Assembly: GCA_944326535.1 (NCBI GenBank)
Contig: CALVEJ010000102.1
Coordinates: forward strand, 1,231 to 65,230
Reading direction: 5' to 3'
Source: Candidatus Gastranaerophilales bacterium
GTDB lineage: Bacteria; Cyanobacteriota; Vampirovibrionia; Gastranaerophilales; Gastranaerophilaceae
Length of the DNA stretch: 64,000 bases
Made by a program: the position numbers and the translations under genes. This document shows positions 26,152 through 35,234 of this stretch, one piece after another. How positions within the stretch are numbered: the first letter of the stretch is position 1; every line of letters begins with the position of its first letter. Below the pieces are notes generated by a model. The model worked only from the letters and a program-made list of their open reading frames with translations, was not told the DNA's origin and ran no database searches.

Positions 26152-26874
26152 TTATTTAGCCAGTAAGTAGCCAAGTCCACCTGCGGCAAGAAGAGGCAAG
26201 AGATCATTGATATGGCTAAGGAAGTTGATATTTAAGTCATTTGAACCAGAGTTAGAAGTATTCACCTTATTCGGAATCTCTTCTGAAGAAGGAACATTTA
26301 CTTTTGTGGCAGTAGTCGTAGCTTTCTTCTTAGCAGTACCCCTGGATCTTTTGGGAATACTTGTTCCTTGAATGGTGGCATCACCTGTTTTAGCTGTGAC
26401 TTTCTTTACTTTTGGAGACTCCACAGCTTCAACTACTTCCGGAGGAGCAGGAGGAGGATTCTGAACATTCACAATCTCTTTGTAAGTGTTCAGGGGATTC
26501 CAATAACCACCGTAAGGACCTGAAATCTGGTAGAAAGATGGTGATAAGCTTTGAGGTTCAGCTGTTACTGTTCTTTCAACTGGTTCGGGTTGGGCTGAAG
26601 TATTTTGGACTTGAATTTCAGCAGGAGCATTAGCAGGCATTTGTGTTGTAGGTTTTTGGTTCAAACCTAAAAAACGAGCAAGACGAGCAATCTGATCTCC
26701 TGTAACTCTAAGACTGCTATTAGTATTTGTATCATTCAGCTTGCCATGAAGGGTAACTTCTGAAAAAGGCATACTAAAAGAAGAAACAGTAGCAGGACTT
26801 TTTCTTAAATACTCAGTTAAAGCTGTAGGATCAGCACCACCACTGGCGTAAATGCTATCAAGAATATTAGGCAT
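26152..26874 (-). CDS. Virion protein (N4 gp55-like by position) with a C-terminal membrane anchor
   Basis: ORF track entry with a Pro-rich centre and C-terminal LLPLLAAGGLGYLLAK. Confidence 0.55.
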   Translation of the reverse strand: MPNILDSIYASGGADPTALTEYLRKSPATVSSFSMPFSEVTLHGKLNDTNTNSSLRVTGDQIARLARFLGLNQKPTTQMPANAPAEIQVQNTSAQPEPVERTVTAEPQSLSPSFYQISGPYGGYWNPLNTYKEIVNVQNPPPAPPEVVEAVESPKVKKVTAKTGDATIQGTSIPKRSRGTAKKKATTTATKVNVPSSEEIPNKVNTSNSGSNDLNINFLSHINDLLPLLAAGGLGYLLAK

Positions 26875-26887
26875 ACGTATGTTTATA

Positions 26888-26922
26888 AATAAAAAAGGTT
26901 CTATTAGTTAACCAATAGAACC
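26888..26922 (-). terminator. Intrinsic terminator (minus strand) followed by an ATTTATAAAC box
   Basis: Stem GGTTCTATT/AATAGAACC. On the minus strand a T6 run follows, then ATTTATAAAC ends 6 nt before the ATG at 26874. Confidence 0.6.
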
Positions 26923-26943
26923 ATTATCTGTTCAGATCAATTT

Positions 26944-27492
26944 TTAATCAATTCTATTGCCTGCCTGTTGAGCTCTGGCGAGTTCTTCCAGTTCTTCAGG
27001 AGTAAGGTCGGGAAGCACTTCAATACTGAACTCAGGAACATAAGACGTATGAACAAATGTCTTACCCTTCTCTTCACGAGTTTCAATATTGAGGAATGTC
27101 TTGTCCTTTAAGAGACGATAAATACAGAATGGAACGTGATAACCGTTCTGATAGAACCGAGCATCATAGGGAACAAACTTCTTCACTGTACCAAGATAAG
27201 CATTGGCAATGGTAAAGATTTCACCTCTCCAAGCCTTTTTAGCCGGATTCATACAAGTAAGACGAATACGAACCAGCTTAAGCTGTTCTTCCTGAACCTT
27301 CTTACGAAGAGCAGCCTTATCAAGAACCGATTCCTTACCAAGGGTAGCTTCTTCCAGCTTTTCATTCACCTTGGTTCTGAGAGTATCCAAACCAATATTG
27401 TTTGAATACTTGATACCAAGAACATCAGCACGTTGCTTTAAGAGAGCAAGTTCTTCAGCATAATCCGAAGAAACAGTTTTCTTTTCATCCAT
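26944..27492 (-). CDS. Hypothetical structural-module protein
   Basis: ORF track entry located between the MCP and the gp55-like gene. Confidence 0.6.
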   Translation of the reverse strand: MDEKKTVSSDYAEELALLKQRADVLGIKYSNNIGLDTLRTKVNEKLEEATLGKESVLDKAALRKKVQEEQLKLVRIRLTCMNPAKKAWRGEIFTIANAYLGTVKKFVPYDARFYQNGYHVPFCIYRLLKDKTFLNIETREEKGKTFVHTSYVPEFSIEVLPDLTPEELEELARAQQAGNRID

Positions 27493-27533
27493 AGTAAATC
27501 CTTGTTGTTATCTTGTTCACTCTAACGAGAACA

Positions 27534-27571
27534 TAAAAAAATAGGAACGTTGTTTAATACAACGTTCCTAT
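27534..27571 (-). terminator. Intrinsic terminator after the major capsid gene
   Basis: 12-bp stem ATAGGAACGTTG/CAACGTTCCTAT with a T-run on the minus strand. Confidence 0.75.
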
Positions 27572-27598
27572 TATATTCAATTAACTAATAACAGTTAA

Positions 27599-28819
27599 TT
27601 ATTCCGGAGCAACCGTGTACATAACACAGATGCGTTCAGGTCTCTTGCAGAGGAAGCCATAGTAGAACTTCAGACTTGAAAACCCGGTTTCACCATACGG
27701 ATCATCATACGTAGCCGTTTCTCTACCCGGAACCTTCGTAATGATCGAGAACTTACCGTCACGAGCTGAACTCATCTGGAAGCCGATGGTGTTGAAGGAT
27801 TCCGAACCGACCACAAGGATCGGGAAGATGGAGTACTTACCGTCCTTTTCACGATAACCAGGATTGGTCGTAACAGCCTTACCTTCACCTTCCCAAGCAA
27901 GCATTTCAGGAACCTGAATGAAGCGGAAGTGACCGATTGAACCAATTTCACCATGGAGGACATTACCAGCATCGGCATACTGTTGAACAGGAATCCAGAC
28001 CTTGTTGCCGAACTTGTCCTGCATGTCTTCGAGGAGCGGAACAACTGCTGACGAAACATAGGCGATACGAGCCGAATTGATCGTCTTCGTATCAATATTG
28101 CGGGAACCAGAGATGTACTTGGTGTTTCTCGGACAACGGTTTTCATCAAGGATCTGATCCGCCTTACGAAGCGTTTCATAGTCGATGATTGTGGCACCGG
28201 CACCTTCACCCGTCACATCAGTCTTAGCGGCAGCAGTACCCGGATAAACCTGAACACCCGCAGATTCGAGAAGGTCGATCTGAAGCATGGCTTCCTGCAT
28301 CTGAACCATACCGTTCATGAGTTCACGCGAGAGATGGCCACGGAGTTCTGAATCCGAATCAAATTCCATTGATTCACGTGACCATTCATAGAACACGCCG
28401 AACTTGTTAAAGGTACCTTCAAGTTCCACACGAGAGAAACCGACACGGTTCACACGACCACCATTTTCACCGACGACAGGAAGCTTGTCCTTGATCGTAC
28501 CAATATCACGTGACGAACCATAGAGATTACCCTTGTCATACTTGGCACCTGAAGCATCAAGACCCTGGTCATTCACGTTTCGATCATCCAGAAGCGGAAT
28601 GTAGTGGTAAAGCTTGATCTTCTTGCCAAAGTGCTTCGGCATACCAACCGAGTCGGCAAGAGGAGTGAAATACGATTCCTTACGAGCATCCGCAAGAGAC
28701 TTACGGAGCCAGTAGAACGTATTCATCTGATTAGAGTTAGAAGAGTAGTCAATAGATGACTTCCCGTTATTTGTACCGTCCGTATAATTCGGATCGTAGT
28801 TTAAGCCTGTAAAAGCCAT
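27599..28819 (-). CDS. Major capsid protein (N4 gp56-like)
   Basis: 406-aa ORF at the MCP position (portal, small ORF, scaffold-like, this gene). Its codon usage looks GC-richer than its neighbours (judged by eye), and it has its own strong terminator. Confidence 0.7.
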   Translation of the reverse strand: MAFTGLNYDPNYTDGTNNGKSSIDYSSNSNQMNTFYWLRKSLADARKESYFTPLADSVGMPKHFGKKIKLYHYIPLLDDRNVNDQGLDASGAKYDKGNLYGSSRDIGTIKDKLPVVGENGGRVNRVGFSRVELEGTFNKFGVFYEWSRESMEFDSDSELRGHLSRELMNGMVQMQEAMLQIDLLESAGVQVYPGTAAAKTDVTGEGAGATIIDYETLRKADQILDENRCPRNTKYISGSRNIDTKTINSARIAYVSSAVVPLLEDMQDKFGNKVWIPVQQYADAGNVLHGEIGSIGHFRFIQVPEMLAWEGEGKAVTTNPGYREKDGKYSIFPILVVGSESFNTIGFQMSSARDGKFSIITKVPGRETATYDDPYGETGFSSLKFYYGFLCKRPERICVMYTVAPE

Positions 28820-28832
28820 TTAGTTTATTTCC

Positions 28833-29861
28833 TTATGCGTAGTTTGCAAATTGCTTTTCAAATTCCTCATCGCTAAGCGAGAAGGGATCAACAAATGTAG
28901 AAGCAGCTTTGCGAGATCTACCTGAAGGAGCAGCGCTCTTCGCTTGAGCGCTATTAGTATTCACTTCCTGGTTCAATGTCCCTCTAGGTAAATTCGCTAC
29001 AGCTTGTTGTTGCTGTTGCTGCGTCCGTAACCGTTGCAGACAGTAATCCGCAACTGTTGTGTAAGCCTGTAAGAACGGAATGTTGTCGGGTAAAGCACCA
29101 AGCATCTTCTGGTGTTGCATCTCCTTCATAACAAAGTCGTAGACACCATTCATACGTTGCTCATGAAGAGTCGCCAAGATACTGGGATCCTTCCCAATTT
29201 CACTCAGACTAGCTTGATCCCACCCCCTAGCGAGATTGACGGTCTGCAAACCTTCAGGAGTAGAGGTCAACTCATCCAGAGTAGTCTGCAACTGCATCTC
29301 CGCATCGGAAACAGTGTGATTGCCGGGAACATAATTCTGCTCACCATAAATATCCAAATCCATTGGATCCAGCTTACTGTCTTTGATGAGCTTCTTAATC
29401 GCCTCAGGATTCCCCTGAGACAAATCAATCAAGTAGTTCAGCTTGTCATCGTCAAGAAGGTTGGCTTTCTGAAGCATCTGAACCTTCTTACGATAGGGAG
29501 CCAAGGTCTGCATCTTCTGCGTATAGTTGGCACCCATCTGCATAAGCTTGACTACTTCTTGAGGAGATCTGAGCTGAACGGTACCTCCATTCGCCTTGAA
29601 TGGAGACATAACCTGTTCATAGAAGCCCTTGTAGTCAATCTCAGGCTGTTCAACCTGCTGAGGAGCTTCTTCCTCTTCAGATTCTTCCTCTTCCTCTTCT
29701 TCAGAGGATTCTTGAGAAGAAGCTTCTTCAGATTCTTCCTGCTGTTCCGATTCAGGAACTTCTTTAGGAGCTTCTTCTTTAGGTTCTTCATCCTCGATGG
29801 CGGGAGGTTCCATATCGAGAATTTCTTCATCGCTCATGGCTTCAAGATTCTTCTCAGACAT
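28833..29861 (-). CDS. Scaffolding-like protein (acidic N-terminus, Gln-rich)
   Basis: Poly-Glu N-terminal third. It sits immediately upstream of the MCP in the transcription order. Confidence 0.5.
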   Translation of the reverse strand: MSEKNLEAMSDEEILDMEPPAIEDEEPKEEAPKEVPESEQQEESEEASSQESSEEEEEEESEEEEAPQQVEQPEIDYKGFYEQVMSPFKANGGTVQLRSPQEVVKLMQMGANYTQKMQTLAPYRKKVQMLQKANLLDDDKLNYLIDLSQGNPEAIKKLIKDSKLDPMDLDIYGEQNYVPGNHTVSDAEMQLQTTLDELTSTPEGLQTVNLARGWDQASLSEIGKDPSILATLHEQRMNGVYDFVMKEMQHQKMLGALPDNIPFLQAYTTVADYCLQRLRTQQQQQQAVANLPRGTLNQEVNTNSAQAKSAAPSGRSRKAASTFVDPFSLSDEEFEKQFANYA

Positions 29862-30196
29862 TATTCATCCTCCCCTTTGGTTTCCAATTCAAGAATGGCG
29901 TCTTGAACATCTGCAATGTCTTCACGAGCAATATTGGCATTTCGCAAAATGGTATAAAGATAATTTGTAAGCGCAGCACTGGCTTTAGCCATGTTATTGG
30001 CTAACTCTCTTTGTTCCTGCTGAAGCTTTTCACAAACAGCAAGACTCATACAACGCTTCATCTCTTCATCACAAAAACCTTTAACAATAATCTCGTTGAA
30101 GTCATTGTTTAACTTCAAACGCTCAACTTGTTCACCGAGAGCTACAACTTTCTTCAGTGAGGCCAAGTGTTCACGAAGTTCATTTAAGTCAGACAT
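29861..30196 (-). CDS. Hypothetical head-module protein
   Basis: ORF track entry between the portal and the scaffold-like gene. Confidence 0.55.
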   Translation of the reverse strand: MSDLNELREHLASLKKVVALGEQVERLKLNNDFNEIIVKGFCDEEMKRCMSLAVCEKLQQEQRELANNMAKASAALTNYLYTILRNANIAREDIADVQDAILELETKGEDE

Positions 30197-30245
30197 TAAT
30201 TATTCCTATAGAATGATTATAAAAACACAATGATTATAATCAAAT

Positions 30246-32540
30246 TTAACTATTTAACGCTGCATTCTTTAACTGATCTGTCATCAGATTAAAACCAAAC
30301 ATGGCGTCAATATCAGGTCTTTGTTCGCCTTCCTTAAGCGGTTTACCAAGAGACTTAACAATTTCAAGATCCTGGTTCCCTCTAGCCTGAGCCTGCATCT
30401 TCTGAAGTTCTCTGATGTGCTTGGTTCCATCAACTTCCATTTGAGTATCAAGAGCCAAGGCTTGAGCTTCAAGAGAAGCTTTAGCGGCTTGAGCTTTAAC
30501 CAATTCAGTATCCGCTCTGGTCTTTTCAATTTGATCCGGCAGAGTAAGTTGAGCCTGCACAACCTTTGTCTGAGCATCAATCGCCTTGGTTTGAGCATCA
30601 GCACCAAGCTTCTGAGCATTGGCTTGGTTCTCAAGAATTTCAGATTGAAGCTTCTGGTTCTGAAGTTGAAGCTGTTGCAACTGAAGCTGTTGCATCTGTT
30701 GCTGGAACTGAACCTGTTGTGGATCAGGTTGCCAAGTTCTTAACTTCTCGGCGAGTTCAGGCATTCTCTTCAGATCGGCAATCTCGGCAAGAATCATCAT
30801 GGAAATGGATTGATCCATGGTATTGCCAATGGTTTGGAGAAGGAATGCAAGATTCTCTGATTTGGCGTTATCTTCTTCAGCCGTAGCAATATCGACATCA
30901 AGATCGAAATTCCCTCTAAGGTCTTCTCTCTTGATGGAAACGTATTTGCGATTGGTGACTCTGATGGTTTCTTCTTCAGAGAGGAAGACGGCATTCATGG
31001 CAATGATCTTGTTGCCGATCTCCTGAATACCTTTGGCAAGTCTTCTGAGGATTGCCATTTCTCTCTTTGAAGCAGCATCCAGAACACCTCGAATAGCCGT
31101 AGCAACTTTAGTGTTATAGGCATCCCCAGCTAAACCACCTGAGAAGGCTTTAACACCTGTAAGAGCCTCTGCTTCCTGGTTCTGAAGCTGAAGCATGAGC
31201 ATCGCAGACTGAGGAAGCTCTGGATACTGATGTTCAACGAAAGCGGCTTGAGGAGGCATGGAAGGATTAAATTCATAATCCTCACCACTCATGAATTTGC
31301 GTCTATTGACTGGATCAAGGAATCCCTTGGCAAAGCCTTGTTGAGCATTGGCTGAACGCCCCAAAGAATCAATCATGCCTCTGGTAACGGCACCAAGGAT
31401 TCTTTGGTTATCTCCAAGGAGTTCAGCATCTGGTTCACCATATAAACCTCTGAGCTGAGGCAGATAAGGAACCACAACATAGGGAAGCTTTCTATCAGGG
31501 AAAGGATTTTCTTCCAGTCTGATGAGGGTATTCTTGACCCAGGTGGCAACAATGGGAACTAAAGTACCATTGTCATGAATATCGTAGTAACCCCAATACT
31601 CATAGGCTACACACTTCTTTCTTGAGACATCTTTGAAATTGAAATCATCAGGTGTCTGTGTAGCATGATCGGGATCTTCTGAGATACCGACATCTTCCCA
31701 GTTGATCTCTTCAAGATGACTGTATCTTCCATCCTTCTGTAACTCGGCATAGCTGGTTTCGAAGGATTCGATGATGAAGTAAGCCTTCTCAAAATCACCA
31801 TTGCAGGAAGGGTCTATATAGATGTTTCTTGGATCCAGAACTTCAACATAAGGATGATTGCAGATAATCTCTTCATCCTCAACGTTCTGCATCCCAATGA
31901 CTTGACCAACAACAGGAACATTGACCTGACCCGAAGACATCAACTGAACACCGTATTGAATCTCCGGAGCTACAGTATCCTTGAATGTTCTTGGATCCTT
32001 CTGAGCAAGCTCCATAGCCTGCTGAAGTATCTGTACTGTTTGCTGGTCTTGAACCAACACGGCTTGGAAGACTGGTTCTTGTCTAAGGATCGGTTTAGTC
32101 TCTCTGCACCAAGAGAGCTTCACAATGCCGGTGCCTTCATTGACGATAGCTCTGACGTAATCATCAATGAACTTGACTCTGTTGAGTTTTGTTTGAAACT
32201 GCCAGTTCAGAAGCAGTTCGTTCTGTTTGGCAGCCTCAGAGTCTTCAAAAGTTCTCGGAGTAACCGAGAACACTTTATATGAACCGAGGAACGGTTCTGA
32301 CAAAGCGGAGTATCTCCACTCCGCTTGTCTTCGAACCAGCTTAGGCTGTACAGAGGATCTGCCTCTGACAGTTCTAGGTCTTTCCTTGCCTGAGACTTCC
32401 AGAAGTTCCTGCCATTCCGTAATACGAGCAATCTGAGTATCGTGCGAAGGTTTGCAGGCAAGGAAGTCGGCATTCAAATCACTGAAAGAAGGTTCGTTCT
32501 CCCAGTCTGTAAATTTATTCTTCTTAGAAGCCATTACCAA
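30246..32540 (-). CDS. Portal protein (N4 gp59-like)
   Basis: 764-aa ORF with a Gln-rich coiled C-terminal region. The call is by position and size relative to the MCP and terminase. Confidence 0.7.
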   Translation of the reverse strand: MVMASKKNKFTDWENEPSFSDLNADFLACKPSHDTQIARITEWQELLEVSGKERPRTVRGRSSVQPKLVRRQAEWRYSALSEPFLGSYKVFSVTPRTFEDSEAAKQNELLLNWQFQTKLNRVKFIDDYVRAIVNEGTGIVKLSWCRETKPILRQEPVFQAVLVQDQQTVQILQQAMELAQKDPRTFKDTVAPEIQYGVQLMSSGQVNVPVVGQVIGMQNVEDEEIICNHPYVEVLDPRNIYIDPSCNGDFEKAYFIIESFETSYAELQKDGRYSHLEEINWEDVGISEDPDHATQTPDDFNFKDVSRKKCVAYEYWGYYDIHDNGTLVPIVATWVKNTLIRLEENPFPDRKLPYVVVPYLPQLRGLYGEPDAELLGDNQRILGAVTRGMIDSLGRSANAQQGFAKGFLDPVNRRKFMSGEDYEFNPSMPPQAAFVEHQYPELPQSAMLMLQLQNQEAEALTGVKAFSGGLAGDAYNTKVATAIRGVLDAASKREMAILRRLAKGIQEIGNKIIAMNAVFLSEEETIRVTNRKYVSIKREDLRGNFDLDVDIATAEEDNAKSENLAFLLQTIGNTMDQSISMMILAEIADLKRMPELAEKLRTWQPDPQQVQFQQQMQQLQLQQLQLQNQKLQSEILENQANAQKLGADAQTKAIDAQTKVVQAQLTLPDQIEKTRADTELVKAQAAKASLEAQALALDTQMEVDGTKHIRELQKMQAQARGNQDLEIVKSLGKPLKEGEQRPDIDAMFGFNLMTDQLKNAALNS

Positions 32541-32571
32541 TTAGATTCTCACATGAATACTTAATTATGTT

Positions 32572-33654
32572 TTACTTCTTAAACCTTGTAAAAAATTTAC
32601 CTTGAAATGGGTAAGCAACATTACCGATGCTGTCATACGGGACAGAATAAATACGATATCCATCATCCAGTTTGAAAGTTAATCTAAATTCATCTTCTTC
32701 CGTATGACTCAATGTTCCATTCCATGAAGGAAACTTTGTCTTCTTCAATAAGAACTCATCATCGGGGAATACTTCATAACAATATTCCTTCAGTTCTCTC
32801 TTGTAGTATCTGGCATCTTCACCATATATATTGTGCTTGGCAATATTCGGATAGTTGAAGATTGACCAGGATTGGAAGTAATCGGTATTGAAGAAGCAAT
32901 CTGTCTTATTCTTGTTCTTGGTTCCAAGCAGATACAGTTCATTAAATGTACTAACCCAAGTCCACTTCATCGTGAAGTTGATGTACCAACCCAGTTCAGC
33001 CGCAATATTGAGATCTAGATTGAAGAGTTTCTTAGCGGCATCCTTATAGACTTGAGCAAATTCCTTAGCTTGTTCTTCAGTAAGTTTAGGGCCAAAGGGA
33101 CCGATTACTGAAGAAAGAAATTTCACCAGCTCAAAGTTATATTGAGCATATGCTTCATGGAAGAAGATGGAACCAAAGAGTTGATCAGCACACCAACCAT
33201 TGGTGATGACATCAGTATCTACTGAACCAAGTTCCTTTCTCCAATGTTTGACTTCCTTGATGTTGTATTCATTATCTTTAAGGAAGTGATAAAGCTTGGG
33301 ATTTTCCTGAACAGATCCGTCATCGTGGAGAATCAGGAGATCATCCTTATGGATACCGTTCTTGATGAGAGCCAGAACAATAGAAGTGGAATCAACACCT
33401 CCGCTCCATTGAGTAACAATCTTCTTACCCAGGAAGTCTTGAGCTCTTTTATCCATAAGCTCTTTAAGAGGAGTGTCCTTTGGTTCAGGAATAGGATCTA
33501 CCGTATCAATCCAGTTGAAGTCAGAGTATTCATTCAAGACATTAAATCTGTCACGAACCTGTCTTCCGGAGAACAGTTGACAAGCAAAGGTAAAAGGAGT
33601 GATTAGGTCCTCAAGAAGACAGGGAATTGATTGTGCAACGATCAGTTTTGACAT
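32572..33654 (-). CDS. PP-loop (SGGxDS) ATP-pyrophosphatase superfamily protein
   Basis: KKIVTQWSGGVDSTSIVLAL at about residue 80 is the N-type ATP-PPase P-loop. The rest of the protein has no motif I can assign. Confidence 0.6.
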   Translation of the reverse strand: MSKLIVAQSIPCLLEDLITPFTFACQLFSGRQVRDRFNVLNEYSDFNWIDTVDPIPEPKDTPLKELMDKRAQDFLGKKIVTQWSGGVDSTSIVLALIKNGIHKDDLLILHDDGSVQENPKLYHFLKDNEYNIKEVKHWRKELGSVDTDVITNGWCADQLFGSIFFHEAYAQYNFELVKFLSSVIGPFGPKLTEEQAKEFAQVYKDAAKKLFNLDLNIAAELGWYINFTMKWTWVSTFNELYLLGTKNKNKTDCFFNTDYFQSWSIFNYPNIAKHNIYGEDARYYKRELKEYCYEVFPDDEFLLKKTKFPSWNGTLSHTEEDEFRLTFKLDDGYRIYSVPYDSIGNVAYPFQGKFFTRFKK

Positions 33655-34007
33655 GGCAGATATATAACTTCCTCAACGTCAGCGTAGTGATACAAATCTT
33701 TGATGAATTCACTGACTTCTTTCTTTGTAATATTAACTTTGAATCCCTGGATCGGAATCTGAAGAGTAGGAACAATCTCAAAGAATTCTTCAGACTTTTC
33801 TTTTAACTTATCAATATCCAGTCTGTCCGTATCATCAATGATGTCAGCCTTAACAAGCTTAGGCTTATACATATTGAATACAGGAACCAGAGAAGCAGCT
33901 ACCATAGCATATTGACTCTCGGAATAAGATCCAGGAGACATAAGCTTAATCATATGCTTTGCCAATACATATAACAGTTTGTTCTTATTTACTTTCATCT
34001 TCTTCAA
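33642..34007 (-). CDS. Hypothetical protein
   Basis: ORF track entry that overlaps both neighbours. Confidence 0.55.
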   Translation of the reverse strand: MKKMKVNKNKLLYVLAKHMIKLMSPGSYSESQYAMVAASLVPVFNMYKPKLVKADIIDDTDRLDIDKLKEKSEEFFEIVPTLQIPIQGFKVNITKKEVSEFIKDLYHYADVEEVIYLPCQN

Positions 34008-34617
34008 TTAAGAAAGGAATATGAAGATTATAGTTTGTGCATTGGCTTAATGAGATGTTCTCAATTCTTTTATCAAGCCAACCAGCTAAATATCTATTCA
34101 AATCAGTAAGAGATGAATAGTAATAGGTCTGATATCCATCCAGACTTTTAAGGACCAAAGTACAAGCTTTCTCTTTGCCTCTGATGCTTTCTAAAGCTTT
34201 ATAAGAAGCAATGGTCTTGGGACCTACCATCCCGTCTTCACTGATGAGCGGATAAAGCTTTCCGGCGTTGGAGAGATTGTTTAGGATCCGTTGGAACCAA
34301 AGGGAAACTCTGGCTGTACCTACATTGACTCCTGCATCTATGAGCTTATGAGCAATAGCAGGGTTTACATCTATCATTAAATCAAAATGAGGTTCTCTAA
34401 CATAGAGAGTCTCATAGATTTCAATAGCCATCTCTTTGGTAAGATCCTCGATCCTTCCGGTATATCCGTATTCTCTGGCTACATTCTCAGTAATGCCATA
34501 TTTGGTCTTTCCACCCGGATCATAAGGATCATCAGTATATCCACCTTCAACAAGAATAACGGCAGATAGAATAGCCGTGATAATGGCTGAACTAGTTGCC
34601 GCTAATTTCTTGTTCAT
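33985..34617 (-). CDS. Endolysin, GH108 N-acetylmuramidase with an N-terminal signal-anchor (SAR-type) and a PG-binding C-terminal domain
   Basis: EGGYTDDPYDPGGKTKYGIT is the GH108 signature. The N-terminus is hydrophobic (LAATSSAIITAILSAVILV). N4 gp61 belongs to the same family. Confidence 0.9.
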   Translation of the reverse strand: MNKKLAATSSAIITAILSAVILVEGGYTDDPYDPGGKTKYGITENVAREYGYTGRIEDLTKEMAIEIYETLYVREPHFDLMIDVNPAIAHKLIDAGVNVGTARVSLWFQRILNNLSNAGKLYPLISEDGMVGPKTIASYKALESIRGKEKACTLVLKSLDGYQTYYYSSLTDLNRYLAGWLDKRIENISLSQCTNYNLHIPFLIEEDESK

Positions 34618-34879
34618 GTTGGATCTGAGCTTCTAAAAGCTGTTTCTGAAGCTGATGAACTTCCTCAGCACGTTTGTTTCGTTTGTGTTGATAGAAGAGG
34701 TTCACTAAAAAACCAATACCTGTTGTAGCAACGCCGATGATAGTAAGCACTTCATTATTAGAAAGAGACCCGACAATAGAGGTAGCAGCTCCTCCTCCCA
34801 TACCCCATTTAACCGAGCTGTTTGCTACCAAAGCATCTGAGAAATCTCTCAGGTCCCCAATTTCTGACATCTTAAGCAC
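34592..34879 (-). CDS. Holin-like membrane protein
   Basis: 95 aa with hydrophobic segments followed by a highly charged C-terminus (QHKRNKRAEE..). It lies directly upstream of the endolysin and overlaps it. Confidence 0.6.
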   Translation of the reverse strand: MLKMSEIGDLRDFSDALVANSSVKWGMGGGAATSIVGSLSNNEVLTIIGVATTGIGFLVNLFYQHKRNKRAEEVHQLQKQLLEAQIQHEQEISGN

Positions 34880-34907
34880 GAAAATTCTCTAAATAGTTTT
34901 AATCACT

Positions 34908-35234
34908 TTATCGTATATAGAGTCTTTCGTAAAACTTTTTCAGTTCTTCAAGATCATGTAAAGAGAACCAGTAGTTCAAACCTACAAGAAAGATTTTCTT
35001 ATGTTTCTCAAGATATTCCTTAGCTAATCTGTAGACCTCAAGTACTTCCACCTTATCTCCTGCAATAAGGTGATAGAGTTCTCTGGATCGAAGAACCAGA
35101 AAGAGTCTTCTAGTCAGAACATTACCTTTGTCCATCTCTTCAAAGAGAGGAAGATGATCAAAGGATCTTGGAAGTAAGTATTCATCTAAATAGTGGTTAA
35201 ATAAGATAACCAACTCGTCTTTATCTAAGTACAT
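34908..35234 (-). CDS. Hypothetical protein
   Basis: ORF track entry. Confidence 0.5.
   Translation of the reverse strand: MYLDKDELVILFNHYLDEYLLPRSFDHLPLFEEMDKGNVLTRRLFLVLRSRELYHLIAGDKVEVLEVYRLAKEYLEKHKKIFLVGLNYWFSLHDLEELKKFYERLYIR

Noticed and set aside
29112-29906. 264-aa plus-strand ORF antisense to the scaffold-like gene.
   Set aside because: It mirrors the poly-Glu/Gln low-complexity coding of the minus-strand gene (Phe/Leu-rich product) and interrupts an otherwise uniform minus-strand operon.
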